A program made the translations under genes and the position numbers. Positions 27,678-39,500 of a DNA stretch of 64,000 nucleotides are shown here, in pieces (position 1 is the first letter of the stretch; each line of letters opens with the position of its first letter). The DNA comes from Podarcis liolepis (Eukaryota). The notes beneath the pieces are model-generated. The model worked only from the letters and a program-made list of their open reading frames with translations, was not told the DNA's origin and searched no databases. Location: assembly GCA_965112155.1 (NCBI GenBank), contig OZ218098.1; one strand, given 5' to 3'.

Positions 27678-29050
27678 TATAGGCTAAAGGCTTCTATTTC
27701 TTATTATAAATACATGGTAGGGCAGCAAGCGGGTTGTTTTGTAAACAGCTTTGAGGGTGTGTGTGTGTCTGTTTTAGCAACCAAGCAATGAATACATTTT
27801 ATGAAATAAATAAATAAAACAAAACAAGCACAACCCTAAATCTGCCTGTTTTAGGTCAAGTCAATTATTCTTGGAGACACCTTTTCCCCTCAGGTTCATG
27901 AAAGTGCACCTGCATACATGGTTACCTGTGAAGAACATTTTGTGGATATTGTCACTGAAGTCCCTTCTAAATCAGTGCTAAATTCTATTACTGTATTGAG
28001 GCCCTACTCCTTTCATATTTTAATATCTTTTGGCCCTGGTACAACACTGAAATAAGAAGTTGCTGGGGCAGAAATAATCAATTCTATTTTACAACAGCAT
28101 AAGATACTAAGCTCTGGGATCAGATGACCAGCACACAGTTGCTCTCAAACTTTCTGTGTCCCAACTAGTGCCCAAAAGATCCAAAATCTCTTGGTGCCTC
28201 TATGATATGTCTCAATTTCCTAGTGGTGCTTGCAACAGATATTATTACAGTATTAAAAGTCTTTAATGGTTAGTCAAGAGCTGGAAAGAGTTAGTCTGAA
28301 AAGCTGTGTGTCTTGGAGAATTGTGCAGTAGTTCACTCACAACTGTACTGAGGTGCAACTGTGCACTAAAAATAATGACCAGGTCAAGGAAGGTCAGAAA
28401 ATGAAGGATACGTTAGCTGTTTCAGACTGACTGATAAGTAAGTCATTCACCCCACCAAAGGTGAAGGTGGGGCAGAAAGGTCACCCAACCAGTTGTGCAG
28501 GCTACATACACAGTCCCAGAGTCAAGTATAAGAAGATCACATCATTTGCCTACACTGCAAGCAGCAACATAACAACAGAGCAAGAGAGTCATAATCGAGA
28601 CACAGAAACCACAGGACAAAACAGGCTAGCTATTATTATTTTAATTACTTAAGGCTAGCTATTGAGTCATAAGCATTACACATGCACAAGAAGTTACAGC
28701 AAAGGAAGAAAAGGCCAGTGCGGGTGGGGGCCGACAAGTGTCAAGAAAATCAATCAGGGTATTTGTCAGGGTATTTCCCCCCCGGGGGAAAAACCAACAA
28801 TATCCTTTGACATGCTATTAAAGTATCCCAAGAATTCTTTGAGATAAGTATTAGTCCTGAGAGCAGAGCCACCATTCACTGCCAGGGGTTCATATGACGG
28901 GGTGAACCATTGTTCAGGCGCCGTGTCAGCTGCCACGTTCAGCAGGGCTGGTGGAGAAATGCAGTGGGGAAGGGGCCAAGAGAGGTAAGCCACGCCACCC
29001 CGAGCGTTTCAGGAGGCCCCGGGGATGCTGTCGGAACAGGGGGCGCTTAC

Positions 29051-29135
29051 CACTCTCCGGGCTGGAAAGCACACGAGGCGCCCCTGCTTGTCTGGCTGCG
29101 GACCTTCGCCCTCTGGCGCACGTCACTTCCGTTTG
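29051..29135 (-). other. ANKZF1: Putative non-coding first exon of ANKZF1 (5' boundary approximate)
   Basis: Minus-strand donor GTAAGC at 29050 inside the CpG island. The ATG exon starts at an acceptor (27122-27121), so an upstream exon is needed. Confidence 0.6.
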
Positions 29136-29329
29136 TCACGGACCCCGCCCTCTCCCGTCGAAGACAATCCTTTCCCCGCCCCGCCTCCTCCTCTTCCTCC
29201 CCCCCACCACAGCTTTCCCATTGGCCCTCCCCGAGCCCACCTCCTCGTCCTTTCCCGGCCTTCCATTGGCAGCGGAAAGCGCCCGCCGGTCGGGACGAGG
29301 GAGGAGGCGAGTGGGGCGGAGAGAGAGAG

Positions 29330-29415
29330 AGAGAGTGACAGACAGAGCCTGGGAAGTCGCGGCGGCGGAGGAGGCTGAGCCCCGGGTCCGGTCACTAGGG
29401 GCGACTGTCCTGGAG
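29330..29415 (+). other. ATG9A: Putative non-coding first exon of ATG9A (5' boundary approximate)
   Basis: Donor GAG|GTGAGC at 29416. The ATG exon begins after a strong acceptor at 33473. Confidence 0.6.
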
Positions 29416-29906
29416 GTGAGCCGCGCAGCCGCCGCCGGGAAAGGGATGGCCGGGGGGGGGGGAGGACGGGGACGTGGGCCTCGCCTTGGAATCCCCGCCG
29501 CGCCGCCTCCCTCCCGCTTCCCAAGTAAACAACCTCCGAGGAAGGCCCCTCCCGGCCCGGCTCAGCCAAAACAAAACAGCCTCGGAGGAGCTGCCTGGGG
29601 CCGCCCAAGGAAAAGCCCCCCCCCCGGTCCCTCTCTCTGCAGCGGTGCCTTTCCAACTTGGGAGGAGGGATCTGGCGGGTGAGCTGGCTCCCCTCCGGCT
29701 CTGCCCATCCCAGGGGGTGAGAGGGTTAAGGTGCAAACCAAAGGGGGCCCTTCCTCACCTGGCGAAGCAGGCCGTCTCGCCCTGGATTCCCACTATTTTG
29801 ATTCGCGGGCGCCGGGGGAGCAGAACCAGCCCCTTCTTCGCCAATCAACCCTACAAAAGGGGCCTGGAGCTGGTCCTGTTTCCGGTTGGAGAGTGTTGAG
29901 TGGAAC

Positions 29907-30172
29907 CAGTGCTGGATTTACGTATAAATTTTGGGGCCCCCAAAAAAATTTAAAAGGAAAAAACCCAAAATATAAGATAAAAGTAAATAAATTAAAACCC
30001 ACATACAGCAACAGTGTTTTGTGTTGTGTATGGACCTATTAGGTCCATAAATTACCATATAGCATATATTCAACACAAAAAACAGGAACAATTTGTTGCT
30101 GACAGCTGGACATATAAAGGGCCCTATTACCTTCAGTAGCTTAGGGCCTCAGCAAACCTAAATCCAGCCCTG
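29907..30172. mobile_element. hAT-type MITE in ATG9A intron 1
   Basis: TIRs CAGTGCTGGATTTA / TAAATCCAGCCCTG; perfect 8-bp TSD AGTGGAAC at 29899-29906 and 30173-30180. Confidence 0.88.
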
Positions 30173-30394
30173 AGTGGAACCAGAAGCCTCCAATGGTCAT
30201 CCTGCCAGCCGAACGGCCACATGCCCCTGGAAAGTCTCCATCTCCAGTGTATATCCTGTCTTTTTTCTTTTCAGGCAGGGGGGAAAAGCACATTGGGGAT
30301 CCAAGGCTAGAGATGCCAGTCAGATGCCCAGAGCACAGCACAAGCAGGGGGTTCCTGCAGCACTAGGGGTAGATGGAGCAGGTGAGTCTCTCGG

Positions 30395-30419
30395 TGTGTG
30401 TGTGTGTGTGTGTGTGTGT
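30395..30419. repeat. (GT)n microsatellite
   Basis: Read directly from the sequence. Confidence 0.95.
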
Positions 30420-31089
30420 ACCATGTGCATAGGTGTTGCTTCAAGAGGGATTTATTTTGCCATTTGTTTTTGTCTGTCTGAATTGTAGTAGCTTACATCA
30501 AGTAAGATGGGTGTGCCCTTCCTGTAGCTGTAGGCACTGCATCTACATGAGTCAAAGTACAGGGTAAATAAGGAGAAATATTTAAGAATGGGTGTGGTTG
30601 TTTTTATTTGCAAAAGTGGCAAGAATATATGTACATGCTCTGAATGAAGAAAAATCATTTGACATGCTGTTACAGTATCCCAAGGATCCTTTAATCCAAG
30701 TGTGGGTTGAAACTTTGTAGTAGTCCATGGGTGAATCACTGATTTCTGGTTGGCCTGCTGGTTGGTAGAATTCTTGCCAAGAATGTGGGAGTAGGCTAAC
30801 TCTGGTCTTATCCAACAATACATGTCTTATCTACTAAGGCAAGAATGGAGACGTTTGATCGCTAATTGAAAAGAAAGAGAGAAGAGGTCACACATGACTG
30901 TAGTCCGCCCATGTTCTAGTCATGACAGACAGTTAAAAGTTCTAAATATCCTAAATGATTGTGCTGTAGAACATTTGGTCATGGAACTTATCTGAGACGC
31001 GACCCTGAACTTACTCGTAAGTGGTGCCAGTACTTTGTGCAATATTTAAGTGTTTTCAACTAGTTGGAAACAGTAACCAAAGAGTTATC

Positions 31090-31960
31090 AAATTCAACAT
31101 ATATGTAAGCAGAGTAGAGAATGGCTAAGGATGTCCACAGTCACATTTGACTTCAAAAAATGAAATCTCAAAAATGAAATGATTGGTTGAAAGTGAAAGA
31201 CTAGAGGGTCAAATCTCTCCAAAGCATATTGGTGTTGTTTCAGAATTACAAGAATAGAAGCATAGCTCAAATGTATACTGCAAGTCAGGGAAGATGCTAG
31301 TGTAATAGAAGCAAGGAAGCTGTTAGAGGCAATAAGGCTTCTTCCTTTCACAAAATGGGAGGTCTTGCTCAATTAAGGAGAACAAAATGGAACACATGCT
31401 TGCAAAACAAATTCAAAAAAGAAAGTAAGGTTTGAGGCGCATATAGCTAAAAACATTAAGATCAACAATAAAAAATATTATTTAAAGTGTGTGTGACAGA
31501 AGTGAAAAGGGAAAATTACGTGCCAATGATTCTGTCTGTCACATCCCAAAATAGGATACTATAGAGCTGGAAAGTGTGGAAAAGGTAAACCAAAAACATT
31601 GGGTAACTTTTTTAGTTTTTTTTTAAATGGGGAGCATGTCAGAGGGAAATAAAATTATACATGATGTGAAGCAAGTGGATAGAGAGAACTTTCCTCTTGC
31701 TCTGCCATAGTGCTGGAGCCTGAGGCCATTCAGCGAAGTGGGAGATTCAGGACTGATAAAGGGAACTGATAAACACACCTGGAAAATTGAAATTTGATAC
31801 CATAGGATATAGTGAAAGCCATAAACTTAGAGAGCTTTAAAAAAAGATTTGACAAATTCATGGGGATAAGGCTACTATTCACAATGTCTATATACTACCA
31901 CCTGGATCAGAGGGAGCAGGCCACAGAATACCAGTTGTAGGGGGAACAGCAGCAGAAGAA
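31090..31960 (+). mobile_element. Highly degenerate CR1-like LINE remnants
   Basis: A-rich segments resembling CR1 ORF2 and 3' end (e.g. TTTAAAAAAAGATTTGACAAATTCATGGGGATAAGGCTA). No intact ORF. Confidence 0.45.
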
Positions 31961-33513
31961 CAACCCTGAGTAATTGCCCCCTTTGCCTACCTTTTCTGAC
32001 CCTCTCTAGCAAGTTGCTGTGCGGCAGGAACCTTAACGATTAAATAACTGAAAATGCTGAGTAGCAATGATGATGAGACTAAAAGACAGTGGCAATGAAA
32101 AGATCACTGAATGCAAACCTCAAAAACTTAGATCCTTTTCTTGATCCCTTGAGACAGAAGGAGAGTCAACCTGAGAGAGAATCTCTCTTGATTACACTCC
32201 CTCATGTACACACACACCTCCCAGAAGGGTAGGTTCTCCCACAGATAATTGCCTTTCATTCCACCTAGATGTCACTAAAATCCTCCTCATTATATCACTG
32301 GACCCTTTCCTTGTACGTACCATACTAGAGATCTCCAGACCTTACTTTAGGGTAGTTTGAGCATCAGTCTGTGTCTTTCAGCCACCCCTCCAACAACTGT
32401 CCATGCAACTCCATGTCACTCTCAAGGTACACCTTTAACGCAGTGCTGGGTGCCAGATCAAGAAGCCTGATAAGGGTTCTGTCACCCAGTAGCATGAAAT
32501 TTGGTTCCCCAAAGAGCTGAAGTCACAAGGGCATAGAATTCCTGGCCCTAGTTATGGTCTTGGTCTTTTGCATACTTGCATCCACAGAGCTGCAGGAATA
32601 TCTCATCTGAGCCTCAGTAGATCACCTTTGGCAAATTCTCTCTATCTTCCCAGGGTCCCATAGCTCCACCACTTAATTTCACACCTTGTAGCATAGGAAC
32701 TCTTGCTTTTCTCTAGACTAGAAGTTTGAATGTGTTAGAATATTGGCTATAAAATGCACCTTTGAGTTTGCATATATGTTGTGCTTTACTATGAATCTGT
32801 TTTGAAAATATGCATGTGAATGCATGCATACACAGGTTCTCAGATACACAAGAGCATGTGATTTGGCACCGTGGGTACAGGATACTAGACTAGATAAAGT
32901 TTTTTTATTTATTTATTTTTAATTATATTGCATTTTTTACTTCTGGTATAGAAAGAAAGCTAGAACAGTAGGCTAAAATGAAAGTGAAGCTGAAGTTCTT
33001 CTAAACCCCAGCTAGATAGGTTTCCTTTAGTTGAAACATTGTACTTTCCTTTGTGTGTGGGAAGAGATTGATATACTTGCAACGGTATGTATCAAGTCCT
33101 TGCTCTGCCTGTTCATGAAATTAAATGTATAACAACAACAACAACTTTGTTGCAGACAACAGTTTGTAAATATGATGTAAAGCAAAGATTCAAAACCCAG
33201 AATAGGTTTGGACAGGATGTTTCATGATCAGGCAGTGTTTCCTGCTCTCACCACCAATAATTATTTCCTACTTCTTAATTTGTGCTGTTTTGTCTCCTGC
33301 TTTCCTCTCTCCACTCTTTTCCTTCCTTGCCCTCTGCTATTTGGTCCCCACCAGAAGCTTCCAGTTCCTTTTAAGGGTAAAACTAAAATGAAATGTGTCT
33401 TCCAACCCAACTGATGCCTTCTAGTTATGTCTTAAATGTTACTTTTTTTTTACCCTGTCTTTCCCTCCCTCAGAGCCTGTGTGACGTTGGATGAGGCCCA
33501 GCTCAGTGACAAC

Positions 33514-36500
33514 ATGGCTCACTTTGATACAGAGTATCAGCGGCTGGAGGCGTCCTACAATGACTCTCCCCCAGGAGAAGAGGACCTGATGGTTCATGTT
33601 GCCGAGGGCAGCAAATGTGAGTACAGCTGTGAGTGGCCAGCCTTGGCGCCAGGCACCCCACAAATCAGTGGTGATGGTGCCTGGGATTAGTGAAAGACTA
33701 ATCTGAACAGGAAGTGGAATTGTGGGATTCTGACTCTGTTTCTGGAGAAACTGCATTTGCTGTGCAGCATGTTTTCAAGCATGCCGGTTCCTGGGAAGGA
33801 GCAATAATAGGAGAAGGCAGTTGCATTCTTGTATTGCTTGTGGATTTCCCAGAGGCATGTGACTGGCCACTGTGGGACTAGACGGGCCTTTGGTCTTATG
33901 TTCTTAGTAAGTTCCCACAAAATTGAGCAAGGCTTTCTCTCTAGAAAGTGTCTTTAGGGTTCAGCTTTGAACTTTTGTTCTTAAAATATTGGGCTTGGAT
34001 GGGGCCATGGGATGCTGTGTCGCAGCTCCCTCTCCCTCTGGCTTCTTTCTGCTGTGTAGAATTTTAGGGTTCTTTTTTCACTTTGTCTGTCTTGCAGCTC
34101 CCTGGCACCACATTGAGAATCTGGACCTCTTTTTCTCTCGTATATCCTTACCTGAAGGGCAGGGATGGTTGTATCCCAGCTGTCGGGATTGGTGGTGGGG
34201 CTCGGTTGCAGCAGAGCTGGGAACCCTTTACAAGGTTCCTTGTGGCCCATTAAACACTCCAAGAGGCAAAGGACCTTTCAGTATCAGTTCAGGAACAAAG
34301 GATAGCATAATCAAGAACCAGCCTCTGGAACCCATACAGGTTTACAGGCCAGACAGCAACATAGCAATACAAGGAGATTTGCAATCACCCCCTCAAATGG
34401 AATTCTTTATGGCAGAAAGTTACTGACTCTTTCCTCCTGATGGTGGCTAATCGTGACTTAATAGCATGGCAGGTTGAACTGGAAAAGGAGATGCTTCCTG
34501 CTAATGGGAGACTAGTCTCTGGTGAAACTAAGGGTGGGTACTGCAACCAATATTCTGAGCAATTCTCTTTGACTGTAGCCCTCACGTCTATAACCTGCAC
34601 CAGAAGAATGGCTTCACCTGTATGCTCATCAGTGAGATCTTTGAATTAATGTGAGTATGAACTCCATGTCTCTTTCAGTAAAACAGGATTGGAAGTGGAC
34701 ATTCATTGTATTTCCATGGGCACCTTGTCAGAGGTGAAAAAAAGAGTTCTGGTTTCCTGCTGGAGCTAGTGATCCATCCCTGGCCCCAATTCCCTGTCAT
34801 TCAGGTTGATAGGAAAACAAATCCTACTCCTGATTCTCTTTATGCAAGATGTCTCTGGTATGAAGGATTTAGACAGCTGGTGCCTTCTGCTGGCCCAGAT
34901 AATTTGAAGATGGGAGCGGGGAAGGCTGAGTGCCTCCTAGTGTGACACATCTTCTCTTCTCACAGGCAGTTCATCTTTGTTGTGGCCTTCACCACATTCC
35001 TTGTGAGCTGTGTTGACTACGATATCCTGTTTGCTAACAAGCTGGTGAATCACAGCCAGCATTCCAGTGACCCTGTCAAGGTGACCCTGCCAGATGCCTT
35101 CCTGCCTCCCAATGAGTGCAGTGCCAGGTAAAGTTAGCAAGGACTATCCTTTCCTAAATTTGACCACATCCTAGCCCATCTTGGTCGGGTCTAAAATTCA
35201 AAAGGCCTCTTGAAGTGGAAGATCCTCTACTTTGTATTTTAAGTCACACTCAATCGTAGCTGTAGGCTTGGAAATTTAGTTCTTGCAAGGTGAGCATTGC
35301 TGTCAAAACTGCTTTCAGATGTTTGCTTCTATATCTGCCAAATCTGGGGTCTCCAGTGTTAAACTAATGTCAGTGATAAAGTCGGGCCCCTGACGAGCCA
35401 GCTGGACTTTTAATATACTAGACAATCTTTGGCCCCTCAGTGTCTTGTGAGAGAAAGCTTTGTATTCACATTTGTAGCTGTACCCATCTTCTCTCAGATT
35501 TTCCAGCCCAGATGCCCATTAGTACAGTTTAATGCATCTCAGCACTGCATAGCCTTGCACCCACCTGAAGTGCCTGAATTCTAGCAATCTAAGAAGGAGG
35601 GGTTGGCACATGCTTTGGAAATAACTGTGACGACCAGAAGGGAGGTAGCTGCTTCTTCCTTTCTGTGAATCCATCTTTCTCATAGGATCCAGGCCAATGG
35701 CTTTCTCATCTCTATCCTGGTGATTGCGGGGGTCTTCTGGATCCATCGGCTGATTAAATTCATCTACAACATTTGCTGCTATTGGGAAATCCACTCTTTT
35801 TACATCAACGCTCTCAAGATTCCCATGGTAAGATGCTGTGCTCTGGGAACTGTTAGACATGCATACACAAATTTACACAATGTGCTGTTGATAGGGAATG
35901 TTGACACCTTAGCAATATAGTTCTGATTACCTGATTACAAGCAAATCAGTACTGCCATATCCTTCCCCCGCTTTTTTTTTTTTTTTGCAAGCTTCCCAGG
36001 AGCATTTGACTGACTGTTACTGGAGGCAGAATGCTGAACCAACATGACTTTTGGTTTGACCCAGAATAACATTTGGGTTGATCCTGCAATTCAGTTCTTA
36101 GTGTCTCGTGTTCTTTTCCAAGCAGTGAGAAGCCTGCAGATAAGACCTGTTGCTTCTTCTCCTTTAAGGGGAAAATCTTCCACTCCTGAATCTTCCTCTG
36201 TCCCTTAGTGACCTTCCTCCAGAGTTGTACACTGCTGCTGATCTTTCTGGTCTGCTGCTAATCCCATGGTTGCTCAATCTGACTTGCTTGGTTGAGTGGC
36301 AGGGCTAGTATGTTCTGCAGCTGTCATTGTCTGGTTTGCCAGTGTTTGTTATTTGGTCCTTGCCCAAGAGTGTTAGAAGTTGAGTCTCTGCATAACCAAT
36401 TCCCTTCCCCTTTTTCAGGAGTGGGGAAAGTTTTTGTTTGTTAAATCTGTCAGTCACTTTATCTTTCCCAAGACAACTCAAAGCAACAAACAAACAACCA

Positions 36501-39500
36501 AATGGACAAAAAAACCCCATCCCCAGATACATCAAAACCATTGTGGGGTGGGGGGAGAAATACATTAAAAACCTACCCACTTCTAAAAGGCCACAGATAG
36601 TTAAAGGCCAAAGGCCTGGATATCAAGGAAAGTTTTTGCCTGGCACATAAAGATATATAATGATGGCACCAGGTGAACCACTGTGTGGAGAGCATTCCAC
36701 AAATGGGGAGCCACCAAAGAAAAGGCTCATCTTCATGTTGCTACCCCTGGACCTCTTGTGGAGGGGGGGCATGAAGAAGCACTTTAGATGATGACTGCAG
36801 GATCCAGGTTAGTTCATATGGGAAGAGATGGTCCTTGAGGTGTTGCGGTCCTGAGATGTTTGAGGCTTTATATGTCAAAATTGGGCCCAGAAACTAATTG
36901 GCAACCAGTGCAGTCAGGCCAAGATTTGTGTTACATGCTCGAACTGTCCTGCCTTGTTGAGCAACCTGGCCACTGAATTCCGCAACAGCTGAAGTTTCCG
37001 AAATGTCTCAGAGACAGTCCCATGTGCATTGCAGTAATCTAACCTAGAGGTTGCCAGAGCAAGAGAAGTTAGGCTATCCCTGTCCAGTTGGGGTCACCTG
37101 AGCCACCAGCCAAAGCTGATGGAAAGCACTCCATGCCACTGAGGCCACCTGAGCCTCAAGTGACACCAATGGATCCAGAATTATCCCCAAGTTGTGTACC
37201 TGCTCCTTCAGAAGGGAGTGTATACCCATCAAGAGGATTAGCTTAGTCACAGCACTAACCTCACCATCCCTCTCTTTGCCTGCAGTCCAATTTGCCCTAC
37301 TACACATGGCAGGAGGTGCAGGCACGGATTGTCCAAATCCAGAAGGAACACCAGATCTGCATCCATAAGAAGGAGCTGACAGAACTGGACATCTACCACC
37401 GCATCCTGCGTTTCAAGAACTACATGGTGGCCATGGTGAACAAGTCGCTATTGCCTATGCGCTTCCACCTCCCCCTACTGGGCGATACAATCTTCTATAC
37501 GCGTGGCCTCAAGTACAACTTTGAGCTCATCTTCTTCTGGGGCCCTGGCTCACTCTTTGAGAATGAGTGGAGTCTCAAGGCCGAGTACAAGCGAGGCAGC
37601 AACCGCCTGGAGCTGGCTGAAAAGCTGGGCACCCGCATCCTCTGGATTGGCATTGCTAATTTTCTGCTCTGTCCGCTCATCCTCATCTGGCAGATCCTCT
37701 ACGCCTTCTTCAGCTACACAGAGATTCTGAAGCGAGAGCCCGGAAGCTTGGGGGCTCGTTGCTGGTCTCTCTACGGCCGCTGCTACCTGCGGCACTTCAA
37801 TGAGCTGGACCATGAGTTGCACTCACGCCTCAGCAAGGGCTACAAGCCAGCCTCCAAGTACATGAACTGCTTCATTTCACCTCTGTTCACTGTCGTGGCT
37901 AAGAATGTGGCCTTCTTTGCTGGCTCCATCCTCGCTGTCCTCATTGCCCTCACAATTTATGATGAAGACGTGCTTGCTGTGGAGCATGTGCTCACCACAG
38001 TCACCATTCTGGGTGTGGCTGTCACTGTCTGCAGGTGAGTTGAAATTGGCTGCGAACAGAAGGGTTTTTGTTTTTGTTCTCTGAGTCTTGGCATTAATGG
38101 GGTGGTTGCCATTATTATGAGGAGCACCCAATCAGAGAATTGACAGGTGAATAATTAAAGGCATTCTGCTGACCAAAAATTGCATTAAGCTACAAAAGTT
38201 TTTCTGCTGGGTCTCCCACTGAGAAAGTTAACGGGAGATGAATTGCCTGTGTTGCCTTTTCCTTCCGTGGCAATGGTAGCTAGGACACTTGAGGAAATTG
38301 ATTAAGCTTAACAACCCATGTCTTTCAGCTCTGCAAAACAGGTTGCTTCCCTGGTTTAGTGATCTCAGTGATGGTGGTGCCTTGGAGTTGTTTAAACTGT
38401 GACATCTGCAATGAGAGGGCCCCTGGGATGGTTCGAGGCAAAGCCTGGTTTTTCTAGAATAGTGCAACCTTAGACTTACCTTTCAGCTTTTGCCTAGATC
38501 AAGCGAGGGCAGAGCTTATATCTGTCCCTGAAGAATGTGACAGGCACTGCTTGAAGGTAATACTCTGGGGTGAGTCACAAACTAGGGTAAGCGGACAGAA
38601 ATGGGGGAAAAAGGCATTGGAAACATCAGCTCAGCTTGATATCTGAGAGATGAAACAATGGTGGGAGTGGTATAGCAGGTATAGCTGCTGGTTAAAAAGA
38701 GTTAGCTGTGCTGTATATTGATGTGCAGTAAAAATCAACCTGAAAATTCCTATGTTGTAATTGATAGTTGATCAGCTTCTGACATTTTAGATTGATGTAA
38801 CCTGCCACTGACTTAATGTTGAATTAGGAGTCAGAAATCCAGAATCTAGGAATTTGGCTGATCACTGAGTCTGTATTACCCTTTTATCAAAGGCAGTCTG
38901 AACAGTTCTGTACTGCAAATAAGGATATAAATAAGTACATAAATGTGTGAAATTATCATCTCCCTCCACAGTGAACCAGTTTGTTAAAGCTGAACCTGCT
39001 AGATCTGACCCATAAATAGTTTATCTCACTACACTCCTCTGTGTTCATCTTTTCATGAAGAGGGAACATGGGGCTGGGGACCCCTAGAACATAAGGTGCC
39101 TGTCTGCTTGCTTTTATGAAGGAAAGTAGCTCTCCTTGACACCTGTCCCATCTGTCTTGCAGATCCTTCATCCCAGACCAGCACCTGGTCTTCTGCCCAG
39201 AGCAGTTGCTTCGGGTGATTCTGGCGCACATCCACTACATGCCTGACCACTGGCAGGGCAACGCCCACCGCTATGAAACCCGAGATGAATTCTCCCAGCT
39301 CTTCCAGTACAAGGCGGTGAGGTGGGGCAGGGTAGGGTGGGAGGAAATCATATAAGAGCTGCCCTTTGCATAAACCCTGACTAGATCCAAGCATGTATTG
39401 TCCATGGAGTCCCGTCCCCCCCCTGATGGGGGAGGTTCTCTGACCCCAGGGCATGTGGGAGGAAAGAATCACTGGTATTTCCCCCAGTTTTTCTCCCCAA

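Larger units (their letters stand above)
28890..29830. promoter_or_regulatory. Bidirectional CpG-island promoter shared by ANKZF1 (-) and ATG9A (+)
   Basis: GC- and CpG-rich stretch with ETS-CRE composite ACGGAAGTGACGTG (minus strand, about 29119-29132), GC boxes (29143-29150, about 29174-29185, 29313-29321) and two ATTGG boxes (29220, 29265). Outward-facing donors: GTG|GTAAGC on the minus strand at 29050 and GAG|GTGAGC on the plus strand at 29416. Confidence 0.85.

Noticed and set aside
28951-29682. 243-aa ORF and overlapping long ORFs in the CpG island
   Set aside because: Low-complexity G/P/R/A content expected from stop-poor GC-rich promoter DNA; no recognisable domain.
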